Shown here: positions 48,401 to 62,700 of the stretch, in pieces
Position numbering within the stretch: the stretch's first letter is position 1
Layout: each line of letters begins with the position of its first letter
NCBI RefSeq assembly: GCF_031769215.1
Contig: NW_026782651.1
Span: 620,001-684,000 of the forward strand
Direction: 5' to 3'
Origin: Ylistrum balloti
Taxonomy: Eukaryota
Length of the DNA: 64,000 nt
The notes under the pieces: generated by a model
Told to the model about the DNA's origin: nothing
What the model saw: the letters and a program-made list of their open reading frames with translations, nothing else
Database searches by the model: none
Position numbers and translations under genes: made by a program

Positions 48401-51400
48401 CTTTTTCTTACCTGCAGACAAAGACATGTACAATTTTTACTTTAATGATATGGTCAGTGCTAAAAGCCTAGATATTTAGGACTCTGATTCTGTTAAATAA
48501 TTTGTCTGTCATCAAGGTGAGCTTATTCTGCTGAAAGAAATATTTTGGCACCATTGTTTTTTTCATGAAATATTATTTAATTGTCAAAATGTTTCTTGAA
48601 AAGAAAGCAAAACCAATCCCCAGTGTAATGAAAAAGGAACAATCTTAATCCTTTACAGATGATAGCATACATGATCATAATCATTAGAGTTTAACACGTA
48701 GTACATGAATGTGGGTGTTCAGACTCAAAACACTTACAGTAAACATCATAACTGAAAATTATCACAATTTTCATAGATCTAGTGGGTGGGAACTTGTACA
48801 ACTAGACAAATTTATGATTATGAATAGTATACAAATATGAAAAACAATATCAGCATTCATCCTTATTTGTACAGAAATAAAAAAGTACCATGGCAGGCAG
48901 ATCCTGAAAAAAATGGATCATATTGCCAAGCAATTGGATTAAATACAGTGAAAAAGAGGATACATGTACAACAAGCGTGAAGACATTGAAATTAGTAAAA
49001 CTTAAAAAAAAAATAACCCAAAAAATTAAGAGTAGAAAAAGAAAAGACAAAAAAAACCTTAAAAGACATGAAATTTAGAATTTTGTACAATGCGTTTGCC
49101 TGCTTCTTTGGTTACAAGATTTCTATTTAGATAAGCATGCTTTGTTGAAGAAACATCATTGTTTGCCTTTGGTTTCAGTGCTGGAATCCATCAAAGATCA
49201 GCCCTTGCTGCAGAAAGCTCACTTAGGTCTCCCACAAGAAGAAATAGAGGAACAAATGAAAAGACAAATTGAAGAGTGAGTTTCCTAATTACCCTGAGAT
49301 CTCTGGTTTACTGGAAACTTGTATCAATACTATATCTGTCTGGCAATAAGTCCATGTCTGGAAATACGCCCACTCATTTGTATTGATGTTCAGTAAACTT
49401 GTAAGGCAATGCTATTTAATAAAAGACATTACATTGTCCTGTAAGCCCAGCCCCTAATTTTGTATCAGAAGTAATGTGTTGGCCCCGTGGTCAGTATTTT
49501 GTGACATTACTGGGATATTTTACATTGCTGTGAAATTTTCATGACATTACTATGACTTGACTTTCATGTTATCATGACATTACAGTGACTATGACCTTTG
49601 TTACTTTTGTATGACCATGACATTACTTTATTGTCGTCATGACGTTATGAAAATGACTTTGACATCACTGTCAATTCATTCAAAATTGCTATAAACATAA
49701 TAACAGTCTCTTTGGTGAAATAGGTCCAAAGAAATTCCCATGAACACATTATGTCTTTGATCTTTTAGGAACAACTCAGAACTTTGTGAAACATTCTAAT
49801 TTACAGTTTTGGGTGATCTTGTGAAACTTTTCTGTATTTTAATTAGATGATAATAACTAGCTCACAGTATTTCAGCCTTCATGTCTGACTATAGGGATTT
49901 GTAAGGGGCCCTGTCTTTCCACCACCTCTTACAGCTATTGTTTCCAGGGATTTGTAAGGGGCCCTGTCTTTCCACCACCTCTTACAGCTATTGTTTCCAG
50001 GGATTTGTAAGGGGCCCTGTCTTTCCACCACCTCTTACTACTATTGTTTCCAGGGATTTGTAAGGGGCCCTGTCTTTCCACCACCTCTTACTACTATTGT
50101 TTCCAGGGATTTGTAAGGGGCCCTGTCTTTCCACCACCTCTTACAGCTATTGTTTCCAGGGATTTGTAAGGGGCCCTGTCTTTCCACCACCTCTTACAGC
50201 TATTGTTTCCAGGGATTTGTAAGGGGCCCTGTCTTTCCACCACCTCTTACAGCTATTGTTTCCAGGGATTTGTAAGGGGCCCTGTCTTTCCACCACCTCT
50301 TACAGCTATTGTTTCCAGGGATTTGTAAGGGGCCCTGTCTTTCCACCACCTCTTTCCACCACCTCTTACAGCTATTGTTTCCAGGGATTTGTAAGGGGCC
50401 CTGTCTTTCCACCACCTCTTACAGGGCTATTGTTTCCAGGGATTTGTAAGGGGCCCTGTCTTTCCACCACCTCTTACAGCTATTGTTTCCAGGGATTTGT
50501 AAGGGGCCCTGTCTTTCCACCACCTCTTACTACTATTGTTTCCAGGGATTTGTAAGGGGCCCTGTCTTTCCACCACCTCTTACTACTATTGTTTCCAGGG
50601 ATTTGTAAGGGGCCCTGTCTTTCCACCACCTCTTACTACTATTGTTTCCAGGGATTTGTAAGGGGCCCTGTCTTTCCACCACCTCTTACTACTATTGTTT
50701 CCAGGGATTTGTAAGGGGCCCTGTCTTTCCACCACCTCTTACAGCTATTGTTTCCAGGGATTTGTAAGGGGCCCTGTCTTTCCACCACCTCTTACTACTA
50801 TTGTTTCCAGGGATTTGTAAGGGGCCCTGTCTTTCCACCACCTCTTACAGCTATTGTTTCCAGGGATTTGTAAGGGGCCCTGTCTTTCCACCACCTCTTA
50901 CAGCTATTGTTTCCAGGGATTTGTAAGGGGCCCTGTCTTTCCACCACCTCTTACAGCTATTGTTTCCAGGGATTTGTAAGGGGCCCTGTCTTTCCACCAC
51001 CTCTTACAGCTATTGTTTCCAGGGATTTGTAAGGGGCCCTGTCTTTCCACCACCTCTTACAGCTATTGTTTCCCTCTTCCACCACCTCTTACAGCTATTG
51101 TTTCCAGGGATTTGTAAGGGGGTCTTTCCACCACCTCTTACAGCTATTGTTTCCAGGGATTTGTAAGGGGCCCTGTCTTTCCACCACCTCTTACAGCTAT
51201 TGTTTCCAGGGATTTGAGGGGCCCTGTCTTTCCACCACCTCTTACTACTATTGTTTCCAGGGATTTGTAAGGGGCCCTGTCTTTCCACCACCTCTTACAG
51301 CTATTGTTTCCAGGGATTTGTAAGGGGCCCTGTCTTTCCACCACCTCTTACAGCTATTGTTTCCAGGGATTTGTAAGGGGCCCTGTCTTTCCACCACCTC

Positions 51401-52580
51401 TTACAGCTATTGTTTCCAGGGATTTGTAAGGGGCCCTGTCTTTCCACCACCTCTTACAGCTATTGTTTCCAGGGATTTGTAAGGGGCCCTGTCTTTCCAC
51501 CACCTCTTACAGCTATTGTTTCCAGGGATTTGTAAGGGGCCCTGTCTTTCCACCACCTCTTACAGCTATTGTTTCCAGGGATTTGTAAGGGGCCCTGTCT
51601 TTCCACCACCTCTTACAGCTATTGTTTCCAGGGATTTGTAAGGGGCCCTGTCTTTCCACCACCTCTTACAGCTATTGTTTCCAGGGATTTGTAAGGGGCC
51701 CTGTCTTTCCACCACCTCTTACAGCTATTGTTTCCAGGGATTTGTAAGGGGCCCTGTCTTTCCACCACCTCTTACTCCTATTGTTTCCAGGGATTTGTAA
51801 GGGGCCCTGTCTTTCCACCACCTCTTACAGCTATTGTTTCCAGGGATTTGTAAGGGGCCCTGTCTTTCCACCACCTCTTACAACTATTGTTTCCAGATAT
51901 TTGAATTTTGAGAACGTCTGATGAACATGGGTTACAGAAAACATGTCAGGCTCAAGAAACGTTCAGTATACTTTGAATATTTTACATATTTGGATTTTTA
52001 CCTGAAAATTCCATTACACAGTAATTTTGATACAATTCCACTACATTTTTTTTTTAAGGCATGATGATTTGATGTACGGAAAGTTCACAGATAAACCAGT
52101 GGCAGAGGATGAGAAAGCAGCAAAGATGGCCAAACTGAACAGAATGAGAAAAATATATCTTCCTCCTAGAATATCCCCGAGTAAGTCTTATAACCAGTTT
52201 AGTGATAATTACTTAGCAGGGTTCAGGGAATTTAATGTATTTTTCCCGTTTGGAAACCAGGTTTAATTTCCATTTTATTTGTCAACACTTGATATTAGAA
52301 AATATTTATAAATTGTAAGTTGAGAGAGACAAATAAAAGTTTTGACAGCTGAAAACATCCTTTGAAGATTTCTGCTTTTCATCAGTTTGAAATATCTATT
52401 TCAGAGTTTATTTCCTGTAAGACTTTACTTTTAGAGATTACATGATTTTTTAACATTATTTCAGCTCCTTCAGCTGTCCCACCTCCCAGTACAGGGAAGA
52501 GAGATGATCCGTTGGATGAAGAAGTGGAGGACTTGTTAGCATGGTCTTCTAAACTAGATGCCACTACAGTAGATACATGA
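42480..52580 (+). CDS. UBE2U: Ubiquitin-conjugating enzyme E2 U-like, 329 aa; join(42480..42545,43156..43240,43655..43747,44539..44636,46714..46840,48043..48228,49179..49275,52059..52180,52465..52580)
   Basis: Nine GT-AG exons total 990 nt in frame. Starts MFSRAHLLIEREY; UBC core TIPFHPNVDMITGRPCIDFL with the catalytic Cys; C-terminal segments LSFDDYHTTWCGIATSKS and EEVEDLLAWSSKLD resemble recalled UBE2U TSFSDYYQTWSRIATSKA and EEVEDLISWTNTLN. Confidence 0.88.
44430..44545 (+). repeat. 38-bp triplication containing the UBE2U exon 4 splice acceptor
   Basis: AAATATGTATATATAGACTTGATTCATTTCAG|TGGAT x3, with AG at 44461-62, 44499-500 and 44537-38. Confidence 0.9.
44620..45240 (+). repeat. 33-bp tandem array derived from the UBE2U exon 4 end and donor, grading into longer related units
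   Basis: Unit ATTCTCACCTTCTTTATCACTA(TA/GA)CAG|GTACA(G/C), ~12-13 copies to ~45050. Confidence 0.95.
46811..46947 (+). repeat. 67-bp direct duplication of the UBE2U exon 5 end and donor
   Basis: ACTGTGTCGCCTCTAGTCAAAGGGTAGAYG|GTRGGTACCTAAAATACTGAGAACTGAGTTCTTACTT at 46811 and 46878. Confidence 0.95.
47075..47600. mobile_element. Degenerate HINE-like interspersed repeat
   Basis: T-run start TTTTTTTATCGCC, (GTCC/ATCC)n microsatellite at ~47175-47191, and an internally duplicated GGCTACAACTTCAAAACCATT segment. Similar pieces occur at ~23550-23900, ~52890-53190 and ~56945-57190. Confidence 0.45.
49893..51897. repeat. 53-bp tandem repeat in UBE2U intron 7
   Basis: CAGGGATTTGTAAGGGGCCCTGTCTTTCCACCACCTCTTACAGCTATTGTTTC, ~38 copies with a few partial units. 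Confidence 0.97.
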
Positions 52581-53940
52581 CAATACAAATCTGTAGTTCT
52601 ATAATACAGTTTCTGTAATCATCACACATGTTGTGGTGAGATGTCCCATAGCATACAGTTACAATGTTAACACAAACTGTATAACTGTTCATGTTATCAA
52701 CAGGTCATGATGGTCCCTGTACTTTGACTCATATGGAATTCTGGATTTTCTTTTCACAAGTAACTATATTAAGAGAAATATTTCTACATTTGTAATGCAA
52801 GAAATATGTGTACCTTTGAATATAGTGATAATTGTTTTATTCACAGGGTCACAGGAACATTTATCAGTTGGTTTGGTTTTTTCTCAGGACATCAAAATTA
52901 TAGTAGAGTGTATTATCTATGTCCGTCCATCCCATCACATCACATCCTGTCCAATTCAGAATCAAAGTTTTATTTTAAGAACTTTTAAACACACTTGTTT
53001 CATATTTACCCCCATTAGTACCACAGCATTAAAGTCTAAACCTTATCATATTAAGATGATTGTCAGTCAAGGTTAAAGGTCAAAGGTTGCATTTGACAAC
53101 TTTTACAAATTCATCAGTTAATGATACATCTATATATGGAGGCAGGGGCATTTTCTAGTTTAAGGTAAACATTGATTCATCGTCTCCTTTTCTGAAGTTA
53201 TGATAATCATTATGTATTTTGTCATTATATTTTTTAGCTACACATACTGTCCTTTAAGTAATGTAAATTTTGCTATAACTTTTCTGTTTTTGCACAGTTT
53301 TCATAAGTTGTATTTTTATAATAAATGTTCCTGTTTTGGATGCCTATGTATGGAGTTTTTCGCCAGATAAATTGTTTAAATATTATTTTATTAATAAGAA
53401 TGAAAGATGAATTTTCAACAGTGTTGTAAAAGGTTGTGTGAAAGGAAGGTTACTTGTAAGAATGCTCAGAATAAAAATCATTTTGTTGGAAAAAAATAAC
53501 TATGACACTTTTTGTTCTGTCATTGTAAGCAATAAACTGTTCTCATTAGAATGATTTTTTTCTTTATGATTTTCTTTCATGTTTTTACATTTAGTTTATT
53601 CCAAAACGTTGCGCCATATCAGCATCCATGCACATATACATAACTTACACTTTTGTCAATATTTCAAAATATTGTCTTCTGAATCAAGATCAGGCAATAG
53701 GGACGACATATTACAACTTCTGTGCAATGAGGGTTTTAAAAAACTGCCTACTCAACAATGTGAGATTTAAACACCTGCTAGAACAAAACCCATCCAAACT
53801 CTCAGGGATTTTGTAATCAATTATACAGTAAATATGTAGCTATACAACTGCACATTACATATCAATACAAACGGGTCAACATTCTTCTTTAATTCTACAA
53901 TAATCTTTTTGTTAAAAAAATAAGAAAAGTAAAGAAAAGG

Positions 53941-54246
53941 AAAAGACATCGACCTCTAAATGAATAAAAACGTACAACACAACCATCAATGATGTATTAA
54001 ATCTGGTTCTAAATATACATTTGTACAGGAGAGGGGAAATTCAATTGTGAGATTTCATTATTTCACAACCTCTGATATATTGCAAAGAAAGTAAAAGAAA
54101 AACAAAGCAAAAACAACAACAAAATATTGACCTCCAATTAATGAAAATGCACAACACATCCTTCATTGATGTATTAAATTTGGGCCCAAATATACGGCAG
54201 AGGGGAAATTAGGAGATTTCATTATTTCTCAACCTCTGATATATTG
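53941..54246. repeat. Diverged ~130-140-bp direct duplication (53941-54082 / 54121-54246)
   Basis: Shared blocks GATGTATTAAAT, AAATATAC, GAGGGGAAATT and GAGATTTCATTATTTC(A/T)CAACCTCTGATATATTG in the same order. Confidence 0.7.
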
Positions 54247-54759
54247 TACACTGGACCGTGTCAAACATAAATACTGGTATGTAGACTTATAGATAGAACA
54301 AACTTCATGGGAAAGGTGAGGTCATGAAATGTCGTAAGAAAGGAATTGGAATCCTGAATGTCCTCCTTTGGACTGGTAGGGTTCAATATATCTGTTATTT
54401 ACCTGAGAACAGACATAAAATGAATAGAAGGAAAATTAATACCATCTGAAATAAATTACTTTCTGACAGTATGCTTCGATATGATTTATCAAAAAGGAAA
54501 AGAAAGAAAATCAGCAGAAATTCTGTGTGCCTTCAGTGTTCATTAATAAACTGAGCCACTGGTAAAATGTGTTCACTATATAGATATACGGAATAGACCA
54601 TGCGTATTGAAAATCGGCAACGTGAAGCGTAAACAGAACTATATTGACTGTTGTTTTGACAAAATATCCAATTCTCTGTTTATGGTTACACTAATGCATC
54701 TATTTTCTTTTTCTGGTAATTATCATCAATTACCCAATACTGTAGGCGTACAGCAGCCA

Positions 54760-54860
54760 TCCTGGCAAAACGAAAGTAAATAAATACCGGAAGTGGAGCT
54801 CACTCGCTTCACACATTGATATTGATTAAGCACAATTGCGGAGAGAGAGAGAAAAGCTAG
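54760..54860 (+). promoter_or_regulatory. Probable promoter of the uncharacterised gene
   Basis: ETS/GABP consensus CCGGAAGTG at 54787-54795 in a CpG-containing patch upstream of the donor at 55161. Confidence 0.35.
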
Positions 54861-55824
54861 ATCAAAACAAGTTTACATTTTCAAATATAAGTCTTCAACT
54901 GTACGATTAACGCTTCATGACATCGAAATGTGTCCATCTAAAAATAGACACATGACCTACTTTAGTTGTAAATAATGGAGGGAACTGGCGCTTAATACAC
55001 AACGATTGACGAGAGTTCACATTTGACAAGGGCAGACATCTAGAACGTTTCAGTGTTATCTCGGTAAGTAAACGGAGTATATGAATTCCAAAAATGATAC
55101 ATTTCGCCAAGAATGTAGCTATCTCCTCGACAAAACTTGAACAAAGACTTCAAACTTCAGGTATAAACATACACAGGTAACTTGTTTATGGTTTTATTTA
55201 CAGTCCAAAATTAGATGGCATTCACCTTAAAAGCCTGTAGCGTTGTATTCTGATTATCTGGTTTAAACGTACAGAATATTACAATTTTACTATGATATGT
55301 TCTAGAGTGTTTTCTCAAATTTATAGTTTTATAATTGTTAATTTTTAATGACCTTTACGCGGATGTCATACCGTCACGGGTTTGTCTTACATTTTACGTG
55401 TCTCCTCAAACCGGAATATTTTATCTGTGACATCCTTTGTGTTGTGGTATGACACCATGCTATTGTCAGCTGTTTAAATGTACATTTTTATAGAGTTGCC
55501 CAGACCAGAAACAATATAACATTATTATATTAGTATATGTTAATGTATGTTAGTGATCGGCACACTATTTTCCAGTTTCTATATATATATATAAGCTGAC
55601 ATCAATAACCATATATATATACGATCACTATATATATGTTAGATTTATCAGTCAAGTATTTGCTGAAATTTGACAATAATCTTAATTGTGATTGTCCTGA
55701 TCATTTAGCATTTATACTTAGTACAGTAAGCACAGTACATAGTGGATCCATATTTGTCACTCCCAAATTTGGCAGTGTACCTACATGGGTCTTAGACGTA
55801 TATGTAAGGCCACAGTTCATTATA

Positions 55825-55895
55825 TATTTCAATGCCTCTGCTAAGATTCGAACCTGGAACCTCTGGCTTATTAGTTTGACACAACCGATCAAACT
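55825..55895 (-). mobile_element. Degenerate tRNA-derived SINE-like fragment
   Basis: Minus strand reads GAGGTTCCAGGTTCGAATCTTAGCAGAGG, with a perfect B-box GGTTCGAATC (55846-55855); no complete tRNA. Confidence 0.35.
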
Positions 55896-56723
55896 GAAGA
55901 GAAGTTCTTGTTAGCTTATCTATATATTGGAGCTAGTATTTACCAGGGTTACAGATTTATATGCAGTTGTAGTTTTTCAGTTTGGTAGTTTTACGGTACT
56001 CTCTATGTAGAAGTTGAGAGTACCACTGACTTTTTGAGTCTGTGTTTGAGTTCATTGTTAGAATAACAGACTTGGTAAGCAAGGGGTTGCATTCAGAAAA
56101 TGAGATGCTTCTTTAAAGAATCTGAGCTGTGGCTGTCTTCAGGATCAGTGTAAAAGTTGTGGGTACAGAAGATCTTACTAGGAAGTTTAGTGTCCACAAT
56201 GGCTTTATACAGTAGGTGCATTTTTTCAAACAAAGTAATTGAATTATTATGAAAGAATTCCAGGAAAATAAATGTGATGCATGTTGCTTTTTGCAAAATG
56301 AAAAAAGAGAAAAATATGAAAAAAATGAAGAAATAAACAAAACCTGTATAGATATATAATGTTCTTTAAAGTGGTCCATCTCGCAGCTTAATATCTAAAC
56401 CATGCTGATATAACTAATTAGAAAAAAGTTAAACATCAACTTTATCCAAGCGTACTAAAAGGACAGTGTAAACCGTTCACCTTCAAAACTACTGGTCCAG
56501 CCAACGTACCAAACTGTCAGGAAATCAAAGACAGAAGCGTTGAAAAACATTGCTTTGGTTTTTATTGTCGGTGTAAATGACAAAGCTTTTCAGGAAAACA
56601 TTAGTGGTTTTTATAGGGTGATTATGATGTACACCTGCTACAAGACAACATAGCAAAGCAGTACTAACAGAAGAATGTAAGAATTAAATATAATTTAATG
56701 TTGTTTTACAGTTTCAGTCAGAG

Positions 56724-59700
56724 ATGAGTACTTTCATTCCCTTAAACAACAATAACAGCAATGTGTGGCCCAACGTGATGGATGTATCACACCAAAGTTC
56801 TAAACGACAGAGGATGGATGAGTCCCTGGAGGAAATCAACCAACAGTCACATGGAGTTCCTCCCTGTTCTTGTGGTAAGTAAAATTCTATTTTATTTCAG
56901 TAAATTGAGGAATGTGTTTCAGAGCATCTGTTAGTAGTGTTTAGAGTTTTTATCCTCTGCCAAAAAGAATTCCTTCTGTACGTCCTTCCATCCAGCCGTC
57001 CGGATGCTGCTTTCTAAGTGATATCATTTGAAGGACTGGTCAGATTTGATGAAACTTGGTTAGTACACCTGTTACCTTAATCCCTTGCCGAAGTTTGATT
57101 AATGGCAAATTCTGCACATATTTAATGAGGCTACTGTGACCTGATTAGCTGATATGTATTCCAGTTTTCCATGTTGCTTCCTTTAAATGTATATATTTTA
57201 CTAATGAACACAGGTGAGGGATTTTGATGACTATGTCGTGGGTTATTTTACTAATGAACACAGGCAAGGGATTTTGATGACTATGTCGTGGGTTATTTTA
57301 CTAATGAACACAGGCGAGGGATTTTGATGACTATGTTGTGGGTTATTTTACTAATGAACACAGGCGAGGGATTTTGACGACTATGTCATGGGTTATTTTA
57401 CTAATGAACACAGGCGACGGATTTTAATGACTATGTCGTGGGTTATTTTACTAATGAACACAGGCGAGGGATTTTAATGACTATGTCATGGTTTATTTTA
57501 CTAATGAACACAGGCGAGGGATTTTAATGACTATGTTGTGGGTTATTTTAATACACATTTGGATGAGACATATTTTATTGTATAGTGTAATTCTTTGGTA
57601 TGTCCATTTGTTGTAAATAATACATCAATCCATAGGGTGTTCTACTTCACAATATGATGAAAAGGTTTACCTGTGGTAGTTTGTGTTTCTAATTAGGCAG
57701 CTGAAAAATTGACGAGCTCTGGATAGCATGTGATGGGCCTCTCATGTGTTGTTCAGTGAGGTAACCACCAGCTAGTTCAAGATAACCTCGCCATAGAATT
57801 ACCCTGACTGTTACCAAGGGGATAAACCTAGCAAACAAACTGTTTTTTGTCCAGAGATCTCCTCTTGTACTTTTAGATTAATCTCATGGAATTGTTGGAA
57901 GAGTTATCACCCCTTGTTCTTGCCAAGAAAGAGAGTATATCTAATGTATTGGTATGGAATATTTTTTGATTACAGGTAGGAAATTCTTGCCAGTGAGAAA
58001 GAATGAGACAACTTATATCACAGAATCCTGGCGATCGACTGGGACATCACTCTTCAAGCCTTTAGTCCAGGATATTTTCGTGAACTTAGTGAAGTATGAA
58101 CAGTTCAGTGTCTCTGAGGGCTCATTTTTTGTTGCAGATGCTTATGGAAACTACTCAAATTCAGTTCAAGGTAAAGAACAGTTGTCACTGCAGTGGCAAA
58201 AAGGTTTTGGTAGATCTTAGTACATGTTATGTTCAAGCCCACCTATATAGTATTTCGTTAACATTATCAACATATTTAATTTTATTTCAATGTTCTGTAA
58301 TAAACCCACCCCAACTTCGAGTTTGAAGTCTGTAAATTGATTTTTTATTTATAAAACATAGACATGGTCTGGATTATACAGATTAATACCTCTATGATTT
58401 AATACAGAAAAGGTGACCATAACGTTTAGACATACTTCAACAAAGTTTCAGATTAGTGAGGCCAGTCTGGACTCATATCAACAGAGTTTCAGATTGGTGA
58501 GGCCAGTCTGGACTCATATCAACAGAGTTTCAGATTGGTGAGGCCAGTCTGGACTCATATCAACAGAGTTTCAGATTGGTGAGGCCAGTCTGGACTCATA
58601 TCAACAGAGTTTCAGATTAGTGAGGCCAGTCTGGACTCATATCAACAGAGTTTCAGATTGGTGAGGCCAGTCTGGACTCATATCAACAGAGTTTCAGATT
58701 GGTGAGGCCAGTCTGGACTCATATCAACAGAGTTTCAGATTGGTGAGGCCAGTCTGGACTCATATCAACAGAGTTTCAGATTGGTGAGGCCAGTCTGGAC
58801 TCATATCAACAGAGTTTCAGATTGGTGAGGCCAGTCTGGACTCATATCAACAGAGTTTCAGATTGGTGAGGCCAGTCTGGACTCATATCAACAGAGTTTC
58901 AGATTAGTGAGGCCAGTCTGGACTCATATCAACAGAGTTTCAGTGAGGCCAGTCTGGACTCATATCAACAGAGTTTCAGATTGGTGAGGCCAGTCTGGAC
59001 TCATATCAACAGAGTTTCAGATTGGTGAGGCCAGTCTGGACTCATATCAACAGAGTTTCAGATTAGTGAGGCCAGTCTGGACTCATATCAACAGAGTTTC
59101 AGATTGGTGAGGCCAGTCTGGACTCATATCAACAGAGTTTCAGATTGGTGAGGCCAGTCTGGACTCATATCAACAGAGTTTCAGATTAGTGAGGCCAGTC
59201 TGGACTCATATCAACAGAGTTTCAGATTAGTGAGGCCAGTCTGGACTTCTGTCAACAAAGTTTCAGATTGGTGAGGCCAGATATGTCAACAGAGTTTCAG
59301 ATTGGTGAGGCCAGTCTGGACTTATCAGATTGGTGACAGTCTGGACTCATATCAAGTCAGAACAGAGTTTCAGATTGGTGAGGCCAGTCTGGACTTCATG
59401 TCAACAAGAGTTTCAGATTGGTGAGGCCACAGAGTTTCAGATGTGAGGCCAGTCTGGACAGAGTTTCAGATTAGTGAGGCCAGTCTGGACTTCTGTCAAC
59501 AGAGTTTCAGATTAGTGAGGCCAGTCTGGACTCATATCAACAGAGTTTCAGATTGGTGAGGCCAGTCTGGACTTATGTCAACAGAGTTTCAGATTGGTGA
59601 GGCCAGTCTGGACTCATATCAACAGACAGACTGTCAACAGAGTTTCAGATTGGTGAGGCCAGTCTGGACTCATATCAACAGAGTTTCAGATTAGTGAGGC

Positions 59701-62700
59701 CAGTCTGGACTTCTGTCAACAGAGTTTCAGATTAGTGAGGCCAGTCTGGACTTCTGTCAACAGAGTTTCAGATTAGTGAGGCCAGTCTGGACTTCTGTCA
59801 ACAGAGTTTCAGATTGGTGAGGCCAGTCTGGACTCATATCAACAGAGTTTCAGATTAGTGAGGCCAGTCTGGACTTCTGTCAACAAAGTTTCAGATTGGT
59901 GAGGCCAGTCTGGACTCATATCAACAAAGTTTCAGATTAGTGAGGCCAGTCTGGACTCATATCAACAGAGTTTCAGATTGGTGAGATTGGTGAGGCCAGT
60001 CTGGACTTATGTCAATAGAGTTTCAGATTGGTGAGGCCAGTCTGGACTTATGTCAATAGAGTTTCAGATTGGTGAGGCCAGTCTGGACTTCTGTCAACAA
60101 AGTTTCAGATTGGTGAGGCCAGTCTGGACTCATATCAACAGAGTTTCAGATTAGTGAGGCCAGTCTGGACTTCTGTCAACAGAGTTTCAGATTAGTGAGG
60201 CCAGTCTGGACTTCTGTCAACAAAGTTTCAGATTGGTGAGGCCAGTCTGGACTTCTGTCAACAGAGTTTCAGATTAGTGAGGCCAGTCTGGACTCATGTC
60301 AACAAAGTTTCAGATTAGTGAGGCCAGTCTGGACTTCTGTCAACAAAGTTTCAGATTAGTGAGGCCAGTCTGGACTCATATCAACAGAGTTTCAGATTAG
60401 TGAGGCCAGTCTGGACTCATATCAACAAAGTTTCAGATTAGTGAGGCCAGTCTGGACTCATATCAACAGAGTTTCAGATTAGTGAGGCCAGTCTGGACTC
60501 ATATCAACAGAGTTTCAGATTGGTGAGGCCAGTCTGGACTCATATCAACAAAGTTTCAGATTAGTGAGGCCAGTCTGGACTCATATCAACAAAGTTTCAG
60601 ATTGGTGAGGCCAGTCTGGACTTCTGTCAACAAAGTTTCAGATTAGTGAGGCCAGTCTGGACTTCTGTCAACAGAGTTTCAGATTAGTGAGGCCAGTCTG
60701 GACTTATGTCAACAGAGTTTCAGATTAGTGAGGCCAGTCTGGACTTCTGTCAACAAAGTTTCAGATTGGTGAGGCCAGTCTGGACTTCTGTCAACAAAGT
60801 TTCAGATTGGTGAGGCCAGTCTGGACTTCTGTCAACAAAGTTTCAGATTAGTGAGGCCAGTCTGGACTTCTGTCAACAGAGTTTCAGATTAGTGAGGCCA
60901 GTCTGGACTTCTGTCAACAAAGTTTCAGATTGGTGAGGCCAGTCTGGACTTCTGTCAACAGAGTTTCAGATTAGTGAGGCCAGTCTGGACTTCTGTCAAC
61001 AGAGTTTCAGATTAGTGAGGCCAGTCTGGACTTATGTCAACAGAGTTTCAGATTAGTGAGGCCAGTCTGGACTTCTGTCAACAAAGTTTCAGATTGGTGA
61101 GGCCAGTCTGGACTCATATCAACAGAGTTTCAGATTGGTGAGGCCAGTCTGGACTCATATCAACAGAGTTTCAGATTGGTGAGGCCAGTCTGGACTTCTG
61201 TCAACAGAGTTTCAGATTGGTGAGGCCAGTCTGGACTTATGTCAACAGAGTTTCAGATTGGTGAGGCCAGTCTGGACTTATGTCAACAGAGTTTCAGATT
61301 GGTGAGGCCAGTCTGGACTTCTGTCAACAGAGTTTCAGATTGGTGAGGCCAGTCTGGACTCATATCAACAGAGTTTCAGATTGGTGAGGCCAGTCTGGAC
61401 TCATATCAACAGAGTTTCAGATTGGTGAGGCCAGTCTGGACTTATGTCAACAGAGTTTCAGATTGGTGAGGCCAGTCTGGACTCATATCAACAGAGTTTC
61501 AGATTGGTGAGGCCAGTCTGGACTTATGTCAACAGAGTTTCAGATTGGTGAGGCCAGTCTGGACTTATGTCAACAGAGTTTCAGATTAGCAAGGCCCGTT
61601 TGGACATCTTAGACTCCAGTTAGTTATCACAAAGTTTATTTCACACATTCTAGAATTGATAAAACAGTGACATGTCTATGAGGAAAAGAAGTCATACCAG
61701 ATATTTACATACTAACATGAGTTTGTCTTTCTCTTAATGGTTCAGAGTGGTATTATTATGTAGGATACATGTTGTGTTACTTAGACTTAAGTGAATGTGC
61801 TTCTAGTATAAATCTGATCTATCATTGTAGATAAGACTTTAGTGACTGTGGTTTTAGTATAAATCTGATCTATCATTGTAGATAAGACTTAGGTGACTGT
61901 GCTTCTAGTATAAATCTGATCTATCATTGTAGATAAGACTTTAGTGACTGTGGTTTTAGTATAAATCTGATCTATCATTGTAGATAAGACTTTAGTGAAT
62001 GTGCTTCTAGTATAAATCTGATCTATCATTGTAGATAAGACTTAAGTGACTGTGGTTTTAGTATAAATCTGATATATCATTGTAGATAAGACTTTAGTGA
62101 ATGTGCTTCTAGTATAAATCTGATCTATCATTGTAGATAAGACTTAAGTGACTGTGGTTTTAGTATAAATCTGATCTATCATTGTAGATAAGACTTAAGT
62201 GACTGTGGTTTTAGTATAAATCTGATCTATCATTGTAGATAAGACTTTAGTGAATGTGGTTTTAGTATAAATCTGATCTATCATTGTAGATAAGACTTTA
62301 GTGAATGTGGTTTTAGTATAAATCTGATCTATCATTGTAGATAAGACTTTAGTGAATGTGGTTTTAGTATAAATCTGATCTATCATTGTAGATAAGACTT
62401 TAGTGACTGTGGTTTTAGTATAAATCTGATCTATCATTGTAGATAAGACTTTAGTGACTGTGCTTCTAGTATAAATCTGATCTATCATTGTAGATAAGAC
62501 TTAAGTGACTGTGGTTTTAGTATAAATCTGATCTATCATTGTAGATAAGACTTTAGTGAATGTGCTTCTAGTATAAATCTGATCTATCATTGTAGATAAG
62601 ACTTAAGTGACTGTGGTTTTAGTATAAATCTGATATATCATTGTAGATAAGACTTTAGTGAATGTGCTTCTAGTATAAATCTGATCTATCATTGTAGATA

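Noticed and set aside
50200-51344. Several repetitive ORFs on both strands
   Set aside because: They are translations of the 53-bp minisatellite.
51910-51966. CTGATGA...GAAAC hammerhead-like words
   Set aside because: Nine extra bases lie between the hairpin and GAAA, and no helix III/UH junction can form.
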